Source: Basidiobolus meristosporus CBS 931.73 (lineage: Eukaryota; Fungi; Basidiobolomycota). Taken from it: 64,000 nucleotides of DNA. The position numbers and the translations under genes were made by a program. Shown in pieces: positions 40,283 through 50,646 of this stretch. Position 1 is the first letter of the stretch. Each line of letters opens with the position of its first letter. The DNA is taken from positions 1-64,000 of the forward strand of contig MCFE01000313.1 of NCBI GenBank assembly GCA_002104905.1. Direction: 5' to 3'. Under the pieces are notes generated by a model. That model saw only the letters and a program-made list of their open reading frames with translations. It did not search any database and was not told the DNA's origin.

Positions 40283-42560
40283 TTAGTGTTGCTGTTGCTG
40301 CTGCTGATGACGCTGGTGTTCGAGATTGTTGTTGATCCGTCCAGTGCTGAACTCGGGGTTGTACGCCTCTGATCCCCATTCTGGGTTGACTTGTTGTGTT
40401 GGATGAAGCGGGTCCTTGCCAACCAGACCTCCCCCCACATTGGCTTGGCCTTGCTCGCGTTGCGCGTTGGCGAGAATCTGCTCGGTGGCTGCCGCCAGCT
40501 GGTTGTCAATGTTCACCATCAGCTCGGTGAGCTTCTCGGGCACCGCTTGCTCAATGACCTTCTTCACTCGTGAGTTGATGATGGGCGAGAGAATCTTGTA
40601 CACAGTGTCGTGCTTCGAGCCATGGATGCGCAGATTGAGGTCATTGACCCGAGTGTTGCAGTCGATCACCTCGTACACATGTGCCTTGCCGGCAGCCGGG
40701 TTCAGGCCGAGTGTCATGTCCAGCTCAATTCCATCCTCGGGCATGTCAATGTCGATGTACCCAACGTCCGAGACCTTGGGGAACGTCTTCTTCTTGTAGT
40801 AGAAGGCGACGTCCTTGGCCCTGACCTGGACGTGGGTGAACTTGATGAACGCCTTGTTGTGGACATTCTGCTTTGCCTGTGGGTCGGTGTTCACAACGGT
40901 GTCCGTCTTGAGGTGGACAAAGTTGGGTGCAATGTTGCTGCACTCGATCACCACATTGTCCAGAATCATGTCCATCTTCTCGTCCGACTGCTCAATTCGG
41001 GGGAGTGGAAGGTACTCGAGCTTCTGGGCAAGAATAGGGATGAGCTTGGCAAAGTCCTTGACCAGGTCGTACTTCACCGTGGGCTTTCCGCTCTCATCCA
41101 TGAACAGGCTCTGCGTGAGGGACTGGAGGTCGTTGGCGAAGCGCTGGGTGGTGCGGTCCGATTGGATGGCCCGGTTGAACTCGCTCATCTCGTTGCTGAT
41201 CTGCTGGAATTGGCCTCGATACTTCCCTTCGACAATGTTGTGGCCACGCTCGATTCAGCCGGTTCGCATCGTCGGTGTATCCCGGGCGATCGACATACTC
41301 GTACTCGCGGATGGAGTGAAGAATGAACGACTTCCAGTCGTCAAGGTACTGGTTTAGCTCGCGGTCATTGTCCACCTGAGTGGCCAGCTCCCTGAACGAG
41401 TTCAGCAATGGGTCGAGCGACTTGTTTCTGGCAAAGTTCTCCACAAGCTCCTTGGCGTTCGCTTGGGCGACCTCAAGGTCATCAGCTCCGGCCTCCTGCT
41501 TCACATTGGCGGTGTCCTGGAGCTGCTCGGAGGCTCTGATCCCGTGTCTCTTGAGTCGAGAGAGTACGCTCACCAGCTCGTCCACAGCTGACTGGAACTC
41601 TGGGTTTCCTTGGACCTCGCGCAACACCGCCTTCATCCTGTTGATCAGATGGTCCTGTTGTTCAGGGGTGAGGTTGACTTCACTGATCTTCTGTTGAAGT
41701 CCCGCTTGCATGTCCTTTGCAGCCCCGGTGACAGCCTGGGTGGCTGAGATGTTCCCCTGCTCAGCCTGGCGAACGTGGGGTCGGGCAGTCTCCTTGGCTT
41801 GGAAGTAAGCCGGGGCGGCAGCGTCTCTGAGCGTGGACTGAAGTGCGCCCGCTGCCTCTCTCGGCTCCATCTCCTCCCCGAGTCTGTTCGCCTGGCTAGG
41901 GTCATGCTGAGTGTGAGGATAGGTGGAGCGTCCAGTGGCTGGATCGACGGTGCTCTGGTTCTGTTGACCTGGGTGGCCAGGGACGTTGGTCTGCACCATT
42001 TCCTGGAAGATGTTGGTCACATCATTGATCAGTCGGCGGAACTGGGGTGAGGTCACGAGAAGCCAGGCCACTCTCGAGATCTTGTCAGCCCCCTCACCGG
42101 CCAGGCCTTTTGCCTCCTCCGCTTGGCTCGCAAGAGCACTGCGAGTCTGCTCCAGATCATTTCCACCACGCATGGTCTGACCAGCCTGGCCACTGTGGTA
42201 GATGGCGTTCTGTAGCTGGTTGTTGTCATTCTTCTCGGCCAGAAGCACCTTTGTGGAGTCGACCAGACGTTCGGTGTCAGCCATCACCTTCTTGCCAGCG
42301 GGGGACATGTTGCTGGCAGCGTTGTGGAGGACATTATCCTCGGTGATCCTGTTCAAGCCCTGATTGATTTGATTGGTGGTGGGGAGCTTTCCTTCCTGCA
42401 GAGCCTGGCCCATCTGTTGCAGGTGCTCCTTCTTTTGGAGGACCTCCTCTTGCTTTGTCCCGGGTCTTGGAGGCAATGTCTCGCCAGGAACCCCGACCTT
42501 AGTGGATTGATTCACGTTGACCGAATGGTCGTTTTGTTGAGTGTTAGGATTGTTGTTCAT
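40283..42560 (-). CDS. HAM1-like (DUF5923/DUF4449-type) protein, left copy, 1-nt insertion at ~41254
   Basis: Same protein as 43141-45417; CTGAATC versus CTGATC splits it into 488-aa and 301-aa ORFs. Confidence 0.85.
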
Positions 42561-43140
42561 ATTTTAAATTAGCCTACAATGATTCGTACACTTTCGGAGG
42601 TGGGGAGATTTGTATTTATAAGGAAGCATGGATTTACTACTTCATTGCATACCTGAGCCACTGATTTTTCGTTTCATATTATTTTATAACGTCATTCACA
42701 TGTATAGCGACTCTGACAACCAAATAAACTTTAGACTTCATTACATCGACTACATGTTAGCACGGCAGCTCTCTGACGTCAAATTAATCACCATTAATCA
42801 AATCAGCTTTGTACTACCGTACTTCTAGCTGAGTCACGGTGTTCAACTCGAATTGAAGTCTATTCTAGTGCCTTTATCGATATTGTACGCGGTGCGATCG
42901 GCTCTTGAGTGACTTGGCAGGCGCTACTTCTCGCAACTACCGAATTTATTGAACATGATGAAGTACGATTTTGATAACCGACTCTAGCGTTACCTAATTA
43001 GCATCAAATTGTGGATCATTCTTCGTTCATTGATGCGCAACGTCACAGGCTGTCACAACGTCATGCATATTAATATTTCCTGGCGAGTATTTAAGCATAC
43101 GAAAGTGGCTACAACCTGACAAACATACTGTTGCTTAATC
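42561..43140. promoter_or_regulatory. Bidirectional promoter with clustered CRE/ATF and AP-1-like sites
   Basis: TGACGTCA at 42774-42781, ACGTCA at 42689, 43040 and 43058, TGAGTCA at 42830-42836; TATA-like elements near each end. Confidence 0.6.
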
Positions 43141-45417
43141 ATGAATAACAATCCCAACACTCAACAAAACGACCATTCGGTCAACGTGAATCAATCCACT
43201 AAGGTCGGGGTTCCTGGCGAGACATTGCCTCCAAGACCCGGGACAAAGCAAGAGGAGGTCCTCCAAAAGAAGGAGCACCTGCAACAGATGGGCCAGGCTC
43301 TGCAGGAAGGAAAGCTCCCCACCACCAATCAAATCAATCAGGGCTTGAACAGGATCACCGAGGATAATGTCCTCCACAACGCTGCCAGCAACATGTCCCC
43401 CGCTGGCAAGAAGGTGATGGCTGACACCGAACGTCTGGTCGACTCCACAAAGGTGCTTCTGGCCGAGAAGAATGACAACAACCAGCTACAGAACGCCATC
43501 TACCACAGTGGCCAGGCTGGTCAGACCATGCGTGGTGGAAATGATCTGGAGCAGACTCGCAGTGCTCTTGCGAGCCAAGCGGAGGAGGCAAAAGGCCTGG
43601 CCGGTGAGGGGGCTGACAAGATCTCGAGAGTGGCCTGGCTTCTCGTGACCTCACCCCAGTTCCGCCGACTGATCAATGATGTGACCAACATCTTCCAGGA
43701 AATGGTGCAGACCAACGTCCCTGGCCACCCAGGTCAACAGAACCAGAGCACCGTCGATCCAGCCACTGGACGCTCCACCTATCCTCACACTCAGCATGAC
43801 CCTAGCCAGGCGAACAGACTCGGGGAGGAGATGGAGCCGAGAGAGGCAGCGGGCGCACTTCAGTCCACGCTCAGAGACGCTGCCGCCCCGGCTTACTTCC
43901 AAGCCAAGGAGACTGCCCGACCCCACGTTCGCCAGGCTGAGCAGGGGAACATCTCAGCCACCCAGGCTGTCACCGGGGCTGCAAAGGACATGCAAGCGGG
44001 ACTTCAACAGAAGATCAGTGAAGTCAACCTCACCCCTGAACAACAGGACCATCTGATCAACAGGATGAAGGCGGTGTTGCGCGAGGTCCAAGGAAACCCA
44101 GAGTTCCAGTCAGCTGTGGACGAGCTGGTGAGCGTACTCTCTCGACTCAAGAGACACGGGATCAGAGCCTCCGAGCAGCTCCAGGACACCGCCAATGTGA
44201 AGCAGGAGGCCGGAGCTGATGACCTTGAGGTCGCCCAAGCGAACGCCAAGGAGCTTGTGGAGAACTTTGCCAGAAACAAGTCGCTCGACCCATTGCTGAA
44301 CTCGTTCAGGGAGCTGGCCACTCAGGTGGACAATGACAGCGAGCTAAACCAGTACCTTGACGACTGGAAGTCGTTCATTCTTCACTCCATCCGCGAGTAC
44401 GAGTATGTCGATCGCCCGGGATACACCGACGATGCGAACCGGCTGATCGAGCGTGGCCACAACATTGTCGAAGGGAAGTATCGAGGCCAATTCCAGCAGA
44501 TCAGCAACGAGATGAGCGAGTTCAACCGGGCCATCCAATCGGACCGCACCACCCAGCGCTTCGCCAACGACCTCCAGTCCCTCACGCAGAGCCTGTTCAT
44601 GGATGAGAGCGGAAAGCCCACGGTGAAGTACGACCTGGTCAAGGACTTTGCCAAGCTCATCCCTATTCTTGCCCAGAAGCTCGAGTACCTTCCACTCCCC
44701 CGAATTGAGCAGTCGGACGAGAAGATGGACATGATTCTGGACAATGTGGTGATCGAGTGCAGCAACATTGCACCCAACTTTGTCCACCTCAAGACGGACA
44801 CCGTTGTGAACACCGACCCACAGGCGAAGCAGAATGTCCACAACAAGGCGTTCATCAAGTTCACCCACGTCCAGGTCAGGGCCAAGGACGTCGCCTTCTA
44901 CTACAAGAAGAAGACGTTCCCCAAGGTCTCGGACGTTGGGTACATCGATATTGACATGCCCGAGGATGGAATTGAGCTGGACATGACACTCGGCCTGAAC
45001 CCGGCTGCCGGCAAGGCACATGTGTACGAGGTGATCGACTGCAACACTCGGGTCAATGACCTCAATCTGCGCATCCATGGCTCGAAGCACGACACTGTGT
45101 ACAAGATTCTCTCGCCCATCATCAACTCACGGGTGAAGAAGGTCATTGAGCAAGCGGTGCCCGAGAAGCTCACCGAGCTGATGGTGAACATTGACAACCA
45201 GTTGGCGGCAGCCACCGAGCAGATTCTCGCCAACGCGCAACGCGAGCAAGGCCAAGCCAATGTGGGGGGAGGTCTGGTTGGCAAGGACCCACTTCATCCA
45301 ACACAACAAGTCAACCCAGAATGGGGATCAGAGGCGTACAACCCCGAGTTCAGCACTGGACGGATCAACAACAATCTCGAACACCAGCGTCATCAGCAGC
45401 AGCAACAGCAACACTAA
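43141..45417 (+). CDS. HAM1-like (DUF5923/DUF4449-type) protein, intact intronless 758-aa copy
   Basis: GKLPTTNQI, LLVTSPQFRRLINDV, ELVENFARNKSLDPL, LEYLPLPRIEQSDEKMDMILDNVV, VQVRAKDVAFYYKKKTFPKVSDVG, HDTVYKILSP resemble the fungal family containing S. pombe C32A11.02c (recollection, not searched). Confidence 0.8.
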   Translation: MNNNPNTQQNDHSVNVNQSTKVGVPGETLPPRPGTKQEEVLQKKEHLQQMGQALQEGKLPTTNQINQGLNRITEDNVLHNAASNMSPAGKKVMADTERLVDSTKVLLAEKNDNNQLQNAIYHSGQAGQTMRGGNDLEQTRSALASQAEEAKGLAGEGADKISRVAWLLVTSPQFRRLINDVTNIFQEMVQTNVPGHPGQQNQSTVDPATGRSTYPHTQHDPSQANRLGEEMEPREAAGALQSTLRDAAAPAYFQAKETARPHVRQAEQGNISATQAVTGAAKDMQAGLQQKISEVNLTPEQQDHLINRMKAVLREVQGNPEFQSAVDELVSVLSRLKRHGIRASEQLQDTANVKQEAGADDLEVAQANAKELVENFARNKSLDPLLNSFRELATQVDNDSELNQYLDDWKSFILHSIREYEYVDRPGYTDDANRLIERGHNIVEGKYRGQFQQISNEMSEFNRAIQSDRTTQRFANDLQSLTQSLFMDESGKPTVKYDLVKDFAKLIPILAQKLEYLPLPRIEQSDEKMDMILDNVVIECSNIAPNFVHLKTDTVVNTDPQAKQNVHNKAFIKFTHVQVRAKDVAFYYKKKTFPKVSDVGYIDIDMPEDGIELDMTLGLNPAAGKAHVYEVIDCNTRVNDLNLRIHGSKHDTVYKILSPIINSRVKKVIEQAVPEKLTELMVNIDNQLAAATEQILANAQREQGQANVGGGLVGKDPLHPTQQVNPEWGSEAYNPEFSTGRINNNLEHQRHQQQQQQH

Positions 45418-47191
45418 TCTCGCAAAGCGGTAGTAGTACCACACCTACATTGTCAGTGCAATCAGTAAGACTAGCAGAAACAAAAGCAACATTGTTAATC
45501 CAACCTTTGTAAATGCAATCTACCCTTCACAATATGCTAATCAGAGTGTATTACTGTTAAATAAGAATTAAAACAACTTGGCATTTGTCATTTAAATCAT
45601 TGCCACATCTGCACCACCAATTGTTTATTTCATTCTGACTTGGATATATGGTGATCAGGAAATTTGCCAGCCATTCCCAATGGTGAAATCATCCAGTGCT
45701 TTATACAAAGGATGGTCGGGCGACACCTCCACCTTGATACATGTTAAGCCGGTTCATTTTGGCAAATGTTGAAGATCGAAGTTGTTCAGTATGGAAATCT
45801 CCAAGATGGGTATGCCTGTGTCCAGTTGGGAGGTGCCTGAGGACCTGCAACCAAAATTTGATTTGTGCTTTCGCAATGACACACAAGTGACCATAATTGA
45901 CGGCGGACAGAGGATTTCCAGTGGCCAATGGCTGGAGGGGAATTTGACCTGCGCGCCCGGCTAAAAAACGGAACTTCCGTGCCACTTCAAGTAGAATGGC
46001 TGAGCTCTTGAAACGCCAGATCTGGTAATCAGAATTACAACCAGCAGAGCTCATATGAAATGCAGTGGGTAGTGGTAGTCATCAAAGAATTTCCATCCAC
46101 TGTCCTAGTTAAGCAATATGCTATACACTACTCAAATAGAACACATCTCATATTGCTATTTGGAGTTTGGGTACAGGTACAGGTACGGGTGCGGTTGGGA
46201 GTGTGGGGGAGGGTTGGGTCCGTGGTAAGCAAACAATATCTGATGGATGAAACAAGATTATCCATGCGCATGCATCCTGGAGACGGTTACCAGGAATTCC
46301 CAGGCTCGTTGAACAAAGTTGCGTTATCCAGGTCCAGTCATAAATAATATCTTTGTGGACGTCGCCGTTTCAGTGTCAAGTTAATTTTGTATCTGTTGAT
46401 GTCTCAGTGTCAAGTCAACCCCCAAATAGGATAAGGTACGTATGTGTTGGTTTGGCAGAACGCCATTGGCCACCTGCCCACTCACCCGCTCTGCAGGTGA
46501 GGTGCAACCGACCTATATGGGAATTATTCAGGAGTCTGGTGGGAGAATGTATATGACTATATTAATAAAGCATAGAAAAATTAGGGTATAGAGGATGTCC
46601 CACGCCTCTCACTTCATTTAGACATTATTTCAGCCACCAATATCAGAAAGTGTCACAAGAATCTAGCGAAAATCAATTGAGAATACTTGGGGCTGAAGCA
46701 TTCCAATTAATGAGGAATGTCTGGGGACAGGCACTAAATCGCTGTGGGTCATAGTGAGAATTGCGAATGTCAAACCCCACCAGTGCTGGATCTCGTGAGC
46801 ATGACTCATGTTACGCAAAGAATCCGAAAAGAGCTTGGATGTGTCAAAACAGTCATTCCATTTCCTAGGTAGTTTTGGTATGGATTGAGGCAAAGCAAAG
46901 GTTGATACAGTGGTTGATGCAATAATTGAAACTCCCTACTGGTTATGGCCATAATCACGGTTACCATGCTTGGCTGGTGATAGGTTGAAACACTGGTGGC
47001 CAGAAGCCGTGTTTCTTCCAGGAGCCAACTGAGCCATTCCTGAGGATTGACATAGCTTTTTGCACAGGGGTCAAAGGTGCTCCTCACTCTATGCCATGAT
47101 GCCCGATTCCTATAAATTGCGCGCTGACGCTGCCATGTCCAACGAAAAAGGTGAATCTTGTTATTTGCTTTCCTTAAACGTAACTCGTAAA

Positions 47192-48888
47192 ATGGCTCAA
47201 CTTGCTACATTCAAGATCCCCGAAATTAACAATGAGCCTATGAAAAACTACGCTCCTGGCTCCGAAGAGCGCACCAAGTTGCAAGCTGCTCTTAAGGAAA
47301 TGAGAGAGCAGGCTCCTTTTGAAGTCCCTTGCTTCGTCAATGGAGAGGAAATTAAGACCCAATCCATTGAACAGCAAGCCATCTCCTGTGACCACAAGAA
47401 GACTTTGTGCACCTACCACAACGCCGACTCCGTCACTGTCGCCAAGGTTTGTCATGATTTCTTTAACTGTTTAATACGGCTTTCAGTTTCTCACACTCTT
47501 TTCAGGCTATCGATGGTGCTCTGGCAGTCAAGGAGACTTGGGAAGCTTATCCCTTCAACGACAGAATTGCCATCTTCTTGAAGGCTGCCGACTTGGTCGC
47601 AACCAAGTACAGATACAAGATCAACGCCGCCACCATGTTGGGTCAAGGAAAGAACGCCTGGCAAGCTGAGATTGACTCTGCCTGCGAGTTGGCCGATTTC
47701 TTGAGATTCAACTGCCAGTACGCAGAGGAGCTCTATGCCCAACAACCCCCCAAGAACGCCACCGGTATCTGGAATCGTTCCGAATACCGTGCTTTGGAAG
47801 GTTTCGTCTTCGCCGTTTCTCCTTTCAACTTCACTGCCATCGGAGGAAACTTGGTGTGTGCCCCTGCCTTGATGGGCAATGTAGTTGTTTGGAAGCCAGC
47901 TCCCGCTGCTGTTTATTCCAACTATCTCATCTTCGAGATTCTCCGTGAGGCGGGTCTCCCTGATGGTGTCATCCAGTTCATTCCTGGCCCTGCTCCCGAA
48001 GTCGTTGCTCAAGTCTTGAAGCATCCCGAATTCGCCAGCTTACACTTCACTGGTTCCACCCATGTGTTCAAGCAATTGTGGAAGCAAATCGGTAACAACA
48101 TTGACATCTACAAGTCCTACCCCCGTATCGTCGGTGAGACCGGTGGCAAGAACTTCCACATTCTCCACAAGTCTGCCGAGGTCAAGACCACCGTATGCCA
48201 ATCCATCCGTGCTGCCTTCGAATACCAAGGCCAAAAGTGTTCCGCCTTGTCCCGCCTCTATGTCCCTGACAACCTCTGGCCCGAATTCAAGAAGACCTTG
48301 ATTGAGGAACATGCCAAGATCACTGTTGGCCCTGTTGACGAGTTCTCCAACTTCATGACTTCCGTCATCAACCAAGCCGCATTTGACAAGATCAAGTCCT
48401 TCATCGATTGGGCCAAGACCTCCGATGTTACCGAGACCATTGCTGGTGGTACCTACGATGACTCTGAGGGTTACTTCATCCAACCCACTATTTTGGTCAC
48501 CAAGGATCCCAAGTCCAAGACCATGGTTGAGGAAATCTTCGGTCCTGTCTTGACCATCTACGTCTATCCTGCTGATGAATACGAGCAAACCTTGGAGCTC
48601 ATCAACACCACCAACTCTTACGGTTTGACCGGTGCCGTGTTTGCCCGTGATCGTCAAGCTGTCATCACTGCTACTCGCATCCTCCGCAACGCCGCCGGTA
48701 ACTTCTACATCAACGACAAATGTACTGGTGCTGTTGTTGGACAGCAACCATTCGGTGGTTCCAGAGCTTCCGGTACCAATGATAAGGCCGGTTCCATCAA
48801 CCTCTTGTACCGCTTTGTCTCATCCCGCTCCATCAAGGAGAACTTCATCCCTATCGAAGACTGGGCCTATCCTTCCAACCAAAAATAA
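47192..48888 (+). CDS. PUT2: Delta-1-pyrroline-5-carboxylate dehydrogenase (ALDH4); intron 47447-47505
   Basis: NEPMKNYAPGS, GQGKNAWQAEIDS, SPFNFTAIGGNL, GETGGKNFH, AFEYQGQKCSA, EEIFGPV, QQPFGGSRASGTNDKAGS; TATAAA at ~47111. Confidence 0.96.
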
Positions 48889-50150
48889 GTCCACATTAGA
48901 ACATCGTGTGGAAGGGCTCAGGAGCCACGGTCAGGTTGAAAGGGTTGTATCATAAACATCCATTCTCTCTTCATTCACATTCATTAAGCAAACAGAACTA
49001 TGTTCCCTCCTTTCCCCTTAACGTGTCTTTCCGCCCTTCTAAACCACACCCATCAAAAGCCGCTAATTCGTTTATTAAAGAATCCTGAGAAAACCATGTT
49101 ACGCATGAACCGATGTGATTGGACGATGGTGGGCATGGGTGGAAAAATTGATACAACCACACTTAATCCAATATTCACCAACTTTGGTAGAGGCTTCGTG
49201 TAACCAAGGCCCGGATTGGATGGTAGAGTCTCATATTGTCGCTGCATACCTGCTTCAACCAACCTGGGCTAGTCGATGGACGTTTGAAGCAGGATTTGGG
49301 ACACACAGCTGTGACAGTAGCAAGGTGACCAGATCATCGATATCCCAGCGGACGAGGTTGGGAGCCGTGTTATGTCCCAGCAGCTCTCGAGAACTCATCG
49401 AAATTTCCGGCGCCCTCTGAACGCCCACAATATCGGGTACGGAGGTAAGGAAAAACCCCTGTGCTGGATGACAAGGCATACCAGGTGTGGGGTAACGAAT
49501 GGGTGGCTGACAGGTTCCACGGGTGTGGGGTGCGATTGGGTGGTTGAAAATCTCCCCTACCCACGAGCTACATCCCATACATGTCTTGCCTCAAGGCCCA
49601 GGAACCATTTCTCCAGGTCCGGAATGGCCCAGGAGCACCACAATTCGATTGGCCCTCCGCCGAATATGGATCGTATCATCTGTACCTTGTGTAAAGGTTG
49701 GCTGCAGGCACCATCCTCCATATCGTGGTGAATCGAGCCGCTCAGCAATACAAATGATTGCTCATCTCCACTGGGCGTTCGTGAATACCAATCGCCCCGA
49801 TCCTGCCGAATGGGGTGGCGCACGATACCACGCTCGCCGAAAAGCCTGGCCAGTCACCGGTTGCGATGGATGAATTTGGCACCTGGCGGTTGGAAAGTTG
49901 TGAGTCATAGGCTAGGGGATTGCGTTGGAAAATCCGGCATCGACCTGGAACTCTGCTTGGGTGGGAGCCTGATTATTGCTCAGCACAGCTGGAGTGCCCA
50001 ACATGATGGGAGGTTTCAAACTTGCTTCTATATAAAACTGGAATTCCTCAATCATTGCAAATCACTGATATGCTGTCTGAGGGCCGTTTAGTGCCTCTTA
50101 TACTGTTTGGAGCTCACGAACATGGTCAGCATTAGTCTAGGCTAAGTTTG

Positions 50151-50646
50151 TGTTGGAAGAGTTTAGAAGATATCGGAAGTGATTGGTAGAACAAGTAGAT
50201 TATGTGGTTTTCACCAAATGATTTATTGAGTGTAAAAGTGGTATTTATACTTTTACATGGTGTTGGCAAAACTAGCACATGGAGTATGTCTAGGAAGGAC
50301 CCAAGAGCATGCATGTGCAAAGGTTGGGGTGGTTTGGACAACTTTGACAAACTTTATGTTCTGGGTATCTGATATTTTGGTGAAAAATACATCAAGTAGG
50401 TCCCATCAAGAGATCTGGTCAGAATTCTGTAAGATTTGTAGTTAACAATCCAAGTGACTGGGTTAGGAGAGTATTTAGGTGTAATTACACAATCCACAAC
50501 ACTCCCACTCAACTAAATATTTGTATTAACTAGTGCTAGTTGTGAACTAAGATATTCAAGTTTGTCTTTGGCTAATGGTTTGGTCAATATGTCCAAAATC
50601 ATTTCATCTGATGCAGAGTAGACTAGCTTAACTGAGTTACTCTCTA
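50151..50646 (-). mobile_element. Copia fragment A: 3' LTR (50151-50501), polypurine tract and RNase H end
   Basis: LTR homologous to the family; CTCCCACTCA at 50502 (PPT TGAGTGGGAG on minus); upstream minus strand reads ...DILTKPLAKDK. Confidence 0.8.

Larger units (their letters stand above)
40185..45515. repeat. Large inverted repeat (arms 40185-42560 and 43141-45515) around a 580-bp unique spacer
   Basis: The left arm is the reverse complement of the right from the ATG to ~100 bp past the stop; by eye ~9 substitutions and one 1-nt insertion over ~2.38 kb. Confidence 0.97.

Noticed and set aside
40185-45515. Fold-back read artefact as the explanation of the palindrome
   Set aside because: Arms differ by mostly synonymous substitutions, the spacer is unique with promoter features, and older diverged homology extends beyond the arms; an artefact would not give codon-aware differences. 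Still needs read confirmation.
47060-47200. PUT2 lacking a mitochondrial presequence as a novelty, or an upstream extension from 47060/47095
   Set aside because: The upstream in-frame stretch contains the likely TATA box and is not presequence-like; Put2 proteins starting at this position are known in other fungi as I recall, so it is not distinctive.
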